DNA of 64,000 nt from Verrucomicrobiota bacterium (GTDB lineage Bacteria; Verrucomicrobiota; Verrucomicrobiia; Limisphaerales; CANJSG01). The stretch spans positions 10,499 through 74,498 of the forward strand of contig JBBQXJ010000009.1 in the NCBI GenBank assembly GCA_038209745.1, in the 5' to 3' direction. Made by a program: the position numbers and the translations under genes. This document shows positions 50,925 through 57,870 of the stretch, one piece after another (position 1 is the first letter of the stretch; each line of letters opens with the position of its first letter). The notes below the pieces were generated by a model, which saw only the letters and a program-made list of their open reading frames with translations, was not told the DNA's origin and ran no database searches.

Positions 50925-51698
50925 TCACCAGACCTTCCAGGGTGCCTGCCCGCCCACGTACATCTTGTCCAGCATCTGCTGCTCCCGGTAGGTGTCCATG
51001 CACTGCCAGAAGCCGTTGTGGAGGTAGGCGTGGACCTGGCCTTCGCCCGCCATCCGGACAAGCGGCGCCTGTTCCAAGATGGTGGAATCGTCGCCGAGAT
51101 AGTCGCCGATGCCCTTGTTGAAAACGAAGTAGCCGCCGTTGATCAGCTGCTGGTTCTCGGCGGGCTTTTCCTTGAACGCCGTGACGCGGGTTCCGTCGAC
51201 CACGAGATCACCGAAACGTGCCGCCGGGCGGACTCCGGTGATGGTCGCGAGGCCGCCGTGGTTCCGGTGGAAATCGATGGTCTTGTTGATGTCCACATCG
51301 CACACACCGTCGCCATAGGTGGCGAGGAAGGTGTCCGAATCCAGATAGGGCAGGACGCGCCGGATGCGACCGCCGGTCATCGTCTCCGCTCCGGTGTCGA
51401 CGAGGGTGACCTTCCAGTCTTCTTCGGTGTGGTTGGTGTGGTATTTGACCTTGGGGGAGGCGCCGAGACAGAGGGTCACGTCGCTCGTGTTCCACTGGTA
51501 GTTGCGGAAGTAGTCCTTGATGACCTCGCCCTTGTAGCCGAGGCAGAGGATGAAGTCGCGATGCCCGTGGTGGGCATAGGTCTTCATGATGTGCCAGAGG
51601 ATCGGCCGGTTGCCGACGGGCACCATGGGCTTGGGGCGGTATTCGGTTTCTTCCCTCAACCGTGTGCCAAGACCACCGCATAGAATGACCACTTTCAT
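50925..51698 (-). CDS. rfbF: Glucose-1-phosphate cytidylyltransferase
   Basis: ILCGGLGTRLREET..PKPMV, VDTG.ETMTGGR, TYGDG, INGGYFV, GFWQCMDTYRE, APWKVW. Confidence 0.94.
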   Translation of the reverse strand: MKVVILCGGLGTRLREETEYRPKPMVPVGNRPILWHIMKTYAHHGHRDFILCLGYKGEVIKDYFRNYQWNTSDVTLCLGASPKVKYHTNHTEEDWKVTLVDTGAETMTGGRIRRVLPYLDSDTFLATYGDGVCDVDINKTIDFHRNHGGLATITGVRPAARFGDLVVDGTRVTAFKEKPAENQQLINGGYFVFNKGIGDYLGDDSTILEQAPLVRMAGEGQVHAYLHNGFWQCMDTYREQQMLDKMYVGGQAPWKVW

Positions 51699-51756
51699 TG
51701 TCCAACTTCCGTGTTTGTTGTCTGTCGCCCGGCGAAATCTTCCCGCCGGCGGCTTT

Positions 51757-51797
51757 CGCTCTTCTCTCCGGCAGGCGCGCTGCCGGAGAGAAGAGCG
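51757..51797. other. 18-bp perfect hairpin between fliC and rfbF without a U-tract
   Basis: CGCTCTTCTCTCCGGCAG-N5-CTGCCGGAGAGAAGAGCG; followed by AAAGCC on the transcribed strand. Confidence 0.75.
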
Positions 51798-51859
51798 GCG
51801 GTCCCTTTACCCTGACCGCCGCCCCAATCACCCCATACCAACCAAAGGACCTTGAAAGC

Positions 51860-52669
51860 TTACTGCAGGAGTCTCAACACGCTCTGCGGGAGCTGGTTCG
51901 CCTGGGCCAACATCGCGGTGCCGGCTTGGACGAGGATGTTGTAGCGCGCGTACTGCGTGCTCTCCTCGGCGACGTCCACGTCCTTGATCCTGGAACTGGC
52001 GGCGGTGAGGTTTTCCTTGGTCACGACGAGCTGCTCGGAGGTGTAGTTCAACCGGGACTGGTAGGCGCCGATGTTGGCGCGATCGGTGGCCAGTTGGTTG
52101 ATGGCGTTCTTGACCGTCGTCAGCGCGGAGGCAGCCGCACCGGTCGTGCTGATGTTCAGAGACGGGCTCAAGACGGCCGTGTAGCTGGCCGCGGCCATGT
52201 CGATGCCCTTCATGCTGAACGTGCCGCCTTCGGAATCGATGGTGACATTGAGCGGCGTGGTGGAGAAGAGGCTGACGCCGTTGAAATCCTTGCTCGAAGT
52301 ATTGCCGACGTATTGGACGAGCTGGTCGAACTCGGCATTGTAGAGGCTCCGGTCGGAGTCGCTCTTGGTGACGTCCTGCGAAAGGATGGCCAGCTCGCTC
52401 ATGCGGTCGAAGGCCTTCGCGATCTTCTTCATGAACCCGTCCTGGACCTGGGTGAAGGAGATGGCGTTGCCGACGTTGGACTTGGCGGCGTCCAGTCGTG
52501 AAACCTGGGCATCAAGACGCGAGGCGACAGCGAGGCCGGCGGCGTCATCGGCGGGGTTGACGATCTTGGAGCCCGAGCTGAGACGGGAGAGCGACTTGGA
52601 GAGCATCGCCTGGCTGTTTTGCAGGTTGGATGCGGCCGCTGTGGCCTGGATGTTGGTGTTGATGACCAT
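51860..52669 (-). CDS. fliC: Flagellin, minimal (essentially D0/D1 only, 269 aa)
   Basis: MVINTN, RLSSGSKI...ADDAAGLA, FNG, RANIGAYQSRL, SRIKDVDVAEE, AMLAQANQLPQSVLRLLQ. Confidence 0.96.
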   Translation of the reverse strand: MVINTNIQATAAASNLQNSQAMLSKSLSRLSSGSKIVNPADDAAGLAVASRLDAQVSRLDAAKSNVGNAISFTQVQDGFMKKIAKAFDRMSELAILSQDVTKSDSDRSLYNAEFDQLVQYVGNTSSKDFNGVSLFSTTPLNVTIDSEGGTFSMKGIDMAAASYTAVLSPSLNISTTGAAASALTTVKNAINQLATDRANIGAYQSRLNYTSEQLVVTKENLTAASSRIKDVDVAEESTQYARYNILVQAGTAMLAQANQLPQSVLRLLQ

Positions 52670-52676
52670 AACTACT

Positions 52677-52714
52677 TCCTGTGTTGGGGTTTACTCCGTT
52701 TTCGGCGCTTCCTT
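52677..52714 (-). promoter_or_regulatory. Putative CsrA-binding GGA boxes in the fliC translation-initiation region
   Basis: mRNA reads AAGGAAGCGCCGAAAACGGAGUAAACCCCAACACAGGAAGUAGUU-AUG: three GGA motifs, the last overlapping the SD. Confidence 0.65.
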
Positions 52715-52948
52715 CTTCGGTGGCGCGGGGTTGATGCGTGGGACCTTCGGCAGTTGGGGACGTCCCTGTGTCAGGGCCTCCTTGTTGCTGCGTTGAATCT
52801 CTTCGTAAATTTCTTGGCGGTGCACCGGCACATTGAGCGGAGCCTCGATGCCGAGCTTGACGATGTCTCCCTCGACGCGGACCACCTTCACGATGATGCG
52901 ACCGTCGATGACGATACATTCATTGATTTTCCGTGAGAGAATGAGCAT
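52691..52948 (-). CDS. csrA: Carbon storage regulator CsrA
   Basis: MLILSRKINE.I.I....VKLGIEAP..VPVHRQEIYEEI...N plus C-terminal extension typical of FliW-regulated CsrA. Confidence 0.96.
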   Translation of the reverse strand: MLILSRKINECIVIDGRIIVKVVRVEGDIVKLGIEAPLNVPVHRQEIYEEIQRSNKEALTQGRPQLPKVPRINPAPPKKEAPKTE

Positions 52949-52967
52949 AGATACAATCCCTCTTTGG

Positions 52968-53399
52968 TTATGCGGACAACGGAACGGGATGCCGCAGCGA
53001 GAACTGCGCGGCGTTCATCGGAATGACCTGTTTGGCCACCATGGTGTGCCGGTTGAGCACGATGGGTCCCTTCAGATTGACGGTCGTGCCCGCTCCGCCG
53101 TGCAGGGTGACGATGTTGATGATGAGCGCATCGTCCGGGCTCTCCAGACCGAGGAAGGAAACATCGTCGTCGCTGAGCTCCGGGCTGTAGTCCGCTTCCA
53201 GGACAAAGGGCGAGATGACCAGGAACGAGTGGTTCGGATCATCCAGCATCTGGAGCCAAAGGAACGGATCGTCCTCGGGGCTGGAGAGCAGCACGTATTG
53301 CTTGATCTCTTCGAACCCCAGCAATCCGAGCGGCATCCTGATGACGTTTTCTTTTCGGACTGTGAGCCACTGCTCATCTGTATGTGCGACCGTTTTCAT
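52968..53399 (-). CDS. fliW: Flagellar assembly factor FliW
   Basis: GLLGFE, PFLWLQ, FLVISPF, TVNLKGPIVLN....AKQVI; directly upstream of csrA. Confidence 0.93.
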   Translation of the reverse strand: MKTVAHTDEQWLTVRKENVIRMPLGLLGFEEIKQYVLLSSPEDDPFLWLQMLDDPNHSFLVISPFVLEADYSPELSDDDVSFLGLESPDDALIINIVTLHGGAGTTVNLKGPIVLNRHTMVAKQVIPMNAAQFSLRHPVPLSA

Positions 53400-53425
53400 T
53401 TGTTCTGCTCGTCTACCTGTCGTTA

Positions 53426-53441
53426 AGCAAAGCCGATGCCA
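53426..53441 (-). promoter_or_regulatory. Sigma54 (-24/-12) promoter for fliW-csrA-fliC
   Basis: Minus strand TGGCATCGGCTTTGCT (GG-N10-GC, near consensus) 27 nt upstream of the fliW ATG, with an AT-rich tract upstream. Confidence 0.8.
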
Positions 53442-54070
53442 AACTTAGGATAGTCTCTCTAAGTATCTTCGCCTGTATATCTTGTGTATTATCCAAGCAA
53501 AAATTGCATCGAGCCACCCGGGATCCCTCGGCAATTGCTGCCCACCCAATGCGCAAGTCACCTAGGCGAGAATTGCCCGTCCACCCTGATGGGGCCGTCC
53601 CCATAACTGCGGGAACGCCTATAAAAGCGCGCTCGCGGCCAATGGGTCGGGAAACGGCGAATCGGCGAAAGGTCATGACCAAGCTCCTAGGAAGTTTCGG
53701 GCCAAGCACTGCCGTCGAACCCGAAGCCCGTCCCAACCGGCTTTGGCGGCCGAGTGAAGAAGGCGATGCTTGGTGCGAACCAGAACTCTGATGGAAACGC
53801 CGTCGTTGCCCGGATCGCCCAAAGCAGAGGTGACTCGGTCCGGCGCACCCGCGTCTGTTCCGGCGCTCCGCCCAGCACCGGAGCCCGTCTCCCTCGACGG
53901 CCGATCCGATGGCCCATTCCATCCGGCTCGAAGCCCAGCCACCGCCGACGGCGGAGACGCGCGCAACCGGGGCGGACCGCTCGCGAATTCGAACCGGCAT
54001 CGTTCCCGCACGACGGAATCGTGGGCGAACCTGGGCTCGAACGCAGATGCGAACTCGGGAGCGCCTTTGC

Positions 54071-54170
54071 AAATGCGAACGGGAAAAACCCAAGAACCCG
54101 GCCATCGCTGGATCCTGACCTCCGCGACCCATCACCGCCTCGACGCTTGAAAAGCGACCGGGAAAAACCC
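54071..54170 (+). repeat. Direct-repeat pair, candidate activator binding sites
   Basis: AAATGCGAACGGGAAAAACCC (54071-54091) and AAAAGCGACCGGGAAAAACCC (54150-54170), 19/21 identical, 79 bp apart. Confidence 0.6.
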
Positions 54171-54212
54171 TGACGGAATGGTCTACAGTGCAAAATTCTC
54201 GGAACCGATGAC

Positions 54213-54228
54213 TGGAAGGATCGCTGCT
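54213..54228 (+). promoter_or_regulatory. Possible sigma54 promoter for the cheR operon
   Basis: TGGAAGGATCGCTGCT keeps GG-N10-GC spacing, 33 nt upstream of cheR; weaker match. Confidence 0.4.
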
Positions 54229-54260
54229 GGGTAGTCACCACCCAGCGCCGCACCACGCCG

Positions 54261-55082
54261 ATGGGACACGCGCGGGACGAAGCACAAGACTTCGATTTCA
54301 TCATCAACCTGGTCTACGAGCGTAGCAGGATCCGACTGCATGACGGGAAGGAACAGCTGATCCGGGCGCGGCTCGGCAAACGGATGCGGATGCTGGGATT
54401 CGAACACCTTTCCGCCTATTGCGACCATCTGAAGCGCGGAGCGGGCGACGACGAAATCACCCACGTGGTCGACGCATTGAGCACGAATTTCACGAACTTC
54501 CTCCGCGAAAGGGACCATTTCGATTTCATGGTCTCCACCGCCCTGCCCGCGACGCTCGGTCCGGGACAGAAGCGATTCCAGGTCTGGAGCTCCGCCTGTA
54601 GCACGGGCGAAGAGCCCTATAGCATCGCCTTCTTCTTGGCGCACCACTTCCCCCCTTCGCAGGGCTGGGACTGGAAGATCTTGGCCACCGACATTTCGAC
54701 CCGCGCCCTTGCCAAGGCCGCCGATGCCATCTACCCGTCGGACCGGATGACGGCTCTCCCCGAAGAATGGCAGCGCGCCTACTTCCAGAAGGGCTTCGGA
54801 AAATGGGAAGGCCAATACCGCATCAAGGACGCGATCCGATCCCGGATCGAATTCCGCCACCTGAATCTTCTCGGGGGGTATCCCTTCTCGGATATTTTCC
54901 AGGTCGTCTTCTGTCGCAACGTGATGATCTACTTTGATCGCCAGACCCAGGAGGAACTGGTCCGCAAGCTGAGCCAGCAGCTCGTGCCCAAAGGACATCT
55001 CCTCATCGGACATTCAGAAAGCCTGACCGGGCTAAACACAGGACTCAAATGCTTGAAGCCAAGCATCTACCACAAGGAGTAA
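54261..55082 (+). CDS. cheR: Chemotaxis protein-glutamate methyltransferase CheR
   Basis: TNFTNFLRE, WSSACSTGEEPYSIA, ILATDIS, VFCRNVMIYFD, GHSESL. Confidence 0.96.
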   Translation: MGHARDEAQDFDFIINLVYERSRIRLHDGKEQLIRARLGKRMRMLGFEHLSAYCDHLKRGAGDDEITHVVDALSTNFTNFLRERDHFDFMVSTALPATLGPGQKRFQVWSSACSTGEEPYSIAFFLAHHFPPSQGWDWKILATDISTRALAKAADAIYPSDRMTALPEEWQRAYFQKGFGKWEGQYRIKDAIRSRIEFRHLNLLGGYPFSDIFQVVFCRNVMIYFDRQTQEELVRKLSQQLVPKGHLLIGHSESLTGLNTGLKCLKPSIYHKE

Positions 55083-55083
55083 A

Positions 55084-55605
55084 ATGGCGTCCCCCAGTCT
55101 GGTCGGATTCGAGCACAAAATCATCGTGGGCCTCGCGGAACTGGCGGTTTCCAACAACCAGAACGCCATTCTCACGACCTATTCGCTTGGGTCCTGCCTT
55201 GGCATCAGCATCTACGATCCCGTGGCCCGCGTGGGCGGCCTGCTCCACATCATGCTGCCGGACTCCCGGATCGACGCGAACAAGGCGCGCAACCAACCCG
55301 CGATGTTCGTCGACACCGGGGTCCCTGCCCTGTTCCGCGCCGCCTACCAGCTCGGCGCCCAGAAGCACCGCGTGCGGATCTGCGTGGCCGGCGGTGCGCA
55401 GATCATGGACAACAGCGGCTACTTCAACATCGGCAAGCGCAACTATGAGGCGCTCACCCGCCTCCTCGCCGAACACGAGTTGAGGCTGCACGCCGAACAG
55501 GTCGCCGGCATGGTCAACCGCACCGTCCACCTCAACCTCGCCACGGGGGAGGTCCGCCTCAAAGTTTCAGGTCAAAGCCAGGAGACGATCCTATGCAAGA
55601 ACTAG
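55084..55605 (+). CDS. cheD: Chemoreceptor glutamine deamidase CheD
   Basis: LGSCLGI.IYD, GLLHIMLP, AGGA, IGKRN. Confidence 0.93.
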   Translation: MASPSLVGFEHKIIVGLAELAVSNNQNAILTTYSLGSCLGISIYDPVARVGGLLHIMLPDSRIDANKARNQPAMFVDTGVPALFRAAYQLGAQKHRVRICVAGGAQIMDNSGYFNIGKRNYEALTRLLAEHELRLHAEQVAGMVNRTVHLNLATGEVRLKVSGQSQETILCKN

Positions 55606-56441
55606 ACGAATACATCAACCGGATCAAACACCTGCCCCCGGCCCCGCGGGTGTTGCCCGAGCTGCTGCCCTTGCTGAACCGTCCGAACATCGACGCGAGC
55701 CGCGTCGTCAAGCTGATCTCCATCGATCCCGGCCTCTCGGCCGCCGTTCTACAGGCCTGCAACAGCGCCTATTTCGCCGGAGGAACCCCGACCGCCGATC
55801 TCCAGGAGGCGGTCAGCCGGCTCGGATTCCAACAGGTTTTCCTCCTCGTCTGCGCCGTCACGGGATCCAAGACCCTCGCCCCGCCCCAGAAGGGCTACGG
55901 CATCGACCGGGGCGAACTCTGGCAACACTCCGTCACCGCCGCAGTCGCCGCCAAACAGATCGCCCAGCACGTCGGCGACGACGAGAATCTCGTCTTCACC
56001 GCAACCCTCCTCCACGACATCGGCAAGATAATCCTCTCCGACGCCCTGGAGAACAACTACGCCCGCGTCATCGAAGAGACGGAGAAGAACCAACGCTCGC
56101 TGCTCGAAGCGGAGAAGAAGCTCCTCGGCGTCGAACACGCGGAGGTCGGCGGCCGTTTGCTGGCCCGCTGGCGCTTCCCGGCCAACGTGGTCTCCGCCGT
56201 CTGGTTCCACCATAATCCCAAGGCCGCCGCTCCCAGCGAACGCCTCGCCGCCCACGTCTACCTCGGGGACATGATCGCGCATTTCATGGGCTTCGGCTTC
56301 GGCCACCAGGCGTTTGCCCTCAAGGGCCGTTCCGAAGCCATGACCATTCTCGACCTCGCGCCCGACATGCTTCCCCAGTTCATGATCGAGACCTATCAGA
56401 AGATGGAAATGGTCAACGCCCTCCTGGCCATCAACGGGTAG
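55593..56441 (+). CDS. HDOD-domain protein within the che cassette
   Basis: LPPAP, DPGLSA.VL..CNSAYF, LWQHS, LLHDIGK, HAEVG..L..RW.FP, HHNP; start overlaps cheD. Confidence 0.92.
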   Translation: MQELDEYINRIKHLPPAPRVLPELLPLLNRPNIDASRVVKLISIDPGLSAAVLQACNSAYFAGGTPTADLQEAVSRLGFQQVFLLVCAVTGSKTLAPPQKGYGIDRGELWQHSVTAAVAAKQIAQHVGDDENLVFTATLLHDIGKIILSDALENNYARVIEETEKNQRSLLEAEKKLLGVEHAEVGGRLLARWRFPANVVSAVWFHHNPKAAAPSERLAAHVYLGDMIAHFMGFGFGHQAFALKGRSEAMTILDLAPDMLPQFMIETYQKMEMVNALLAING

Positions 56442-56444
56442 TTC

Positions 56445-57665
56445 ATGCCTATCCGGGTCCTCATTGTCGACGATTCGGCCTTCGTCCGGAAGATCCTCTC
56501 GGACAGCCTGTCCAAGGATCCCGACATCGAGGTCGTCGGAACCGCGGCGGATCCCTACATCGCCCGGGGCAAGATGCTCGCGCTCGCACCGGATGTCATG
56601 ACCCTCGACATAGAAATGCCGCGCATGGACGGGATCACCTTCCTGAAGCTGGTGATGAAGCATCGCCCCATGCCGATCATCATCATGAGTTCCCTCTCGG
56701 GCCCCGGCTCGCAACTGGCCCTCGAAGCTCTCCAGCATGGCGCCGTCGATGTGATGGAAAAACCAAGCGGCTCCTACTCGGTCACCGCCGACACCGCTCT
56801 CCTCGTCCAGAAAATCAAGGCGGCCGCCCGCACGAAACTCCGTCCCACGACGGAGTCTCCGGCGGGAGTCGCCCAAAATGCCAACCAAGAAAATCAGCCC
56901 GAAGGCGGCCTTCTCCGTCGCCCGGAAAGCGCCCTTCCCTCGACCCGTTTCCCGAACCGCTCCGTTTCCGCTCGGGCCTACCCGGGCCAGACCTCCGTTT
57001 CCACCCGATCCGGAGCGACGATGATCGCGCCGGCAAAACCCGGCGGCAGGCACTACGCTCCGCGCGATCTGATCGTGATCGGAGCATCGACCGGAGGGAC
57101 GGAGGCGCTGAAGGACATCTTGACTCGTCTTCCCGACGACCTTCCTCCCATCGCGATCGTCCAACATATTCCGGCCTACTTTTCGAAGGCCTTTGCCGAT
57201 CGCCTCAACCAGCTCTGCCAACTCGAAGTCCGCGAAGCCGTGCACCACGATCGTCTCCATCCCGGGCTCGTTCTTGTTGCCCCCGGCGGGCACCACATCG
57301 TCCTCCGCTGGAACGGCGCCGGCCACAGCGTGGAATTGAGCGACGGCCCCCAGGTCCACCACCAGCGACCCGCGGTGGACGTGCTGTTCGATTCGGCCGT
57401 GAAATGCGCCTCCGCTCCCCACACCTTGGCCATCCTCCTCACCGGCATGGGTGCGGACGGTGCCGCGGGCATGCTCCGCCTCAAGGACGCCGGAGCGACG
57501 ACCGTGGCCCAAGACGAGGAAAGCTGCGTCGTCTTTGGCATGCCCCGCGAGGCCATCAAACTCGGAGCCGCCCAGCATGTCCTTGCCTTGGACCAGATCG
57601 CCGCCCGGATCGACCGGCACGCTCAATTCCTGGCCGGCCGCGCCGGATACCCACTACGGGAGTAA
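56445..57665 (+). CDS. cheB: Chemotaxis response regulator methylesterase CheB (long linker)
   Basis: REC domain VLIVDDS..LDIEMP.MDG; esterase GASTGG, QHIP, RPAVD.LF, LTGMGADGA, VFGMP. Confidence 0.96.
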   Translation: MPIRVLIVDDSAFVRKILSDSLSKDPDIEVVGTAADPYIARGKMLALAPDVMTLDIEMPRMDGITFLKLVMKHRPMPIIIMSSLSGPGSQLALEALQHGAVDVMEKPSGSYSVTADTALLVQKIKAAARTKLRPTTESPAGVAQNANQENQPEGGLLRRPESALPSTRFPNRSVSARAYPGQTSVSTRSGATMIAPAKPGGRHYAPRDLIVIGASTGGTEALKDILTRLPDDLPPIAIVQHIPAYFSKAFADRLNQLCQLEVREAVHHDRLHPGLVLVAPGGHHIVLRWNGAGHSVELSDGPQVHHQRPAVDVLFDSAVKCASAPHTLAILLTGMGADGAAGMLRLKDAGATTVAQDEESCVVFGMPREAIKLGAAQHVLALDQIAARIDRHAQFLAGRAGYPLRE

Positions 57666-57685
57666 ACCGGTTGCCTCAAGGACGT

Positions 57686-57746
57686 CCCTCCACCCGGCCT
57701 CCGGCCTCCCTTCGCCATCCGCCGGGGCGAGGGCCTGGTTGAGGGG
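57686..57746. repeat. Degenerate palindromic intergenic element (CCCTC..CCCGGCC...GGCGAGGG...GAGGGG type)
   Basis: Nested imperfect inverted repeats CCCTC/GAGGG and CCTTCGCC/GGCGAGGG between convergent cheB and wzc. Confidence 0.4.
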
Positions 57747-57814
57747 CTTCCTGCTGTAATACCAGCCTTCTTCCGTAGTCGGTCTGATCCGGAACAAGCC
57801 CTCTTTCCACAGAC

Positions 57815-57846
57815 AAAACCCCGGACGACTTTCATCGTCCGGGGTT
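57815..57846 (-). terminator. Intrinsic terminator after wzc
   Basis: 12-bp perfect stem AACCCCGGACGA/TCGTCCGGGGTT, ending in TTTTGT on the minus strand. Confidence 0.7.
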
Positions 57847-57870
57847 GTCCAATTCAAACTCCTTCACCGC

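Noticed and set aside
53432..53439. Sigma28 -10-like GCCGATGC on the plus strand
   Set aside because: Wrong strand for fliW, no TAAA -35, and it is the complement of the sigma54 box
53413..54307. ORF-track predictions, a c-di-GMP riboswitch or a CsrB-like sRNA between fliW and cheR
   Set aside because: ORFs are Arg/Pro/Gly-rich without motifs; I could not see the GEMM core or a dense GGA array by eye (an Rfam scan is still advisable)
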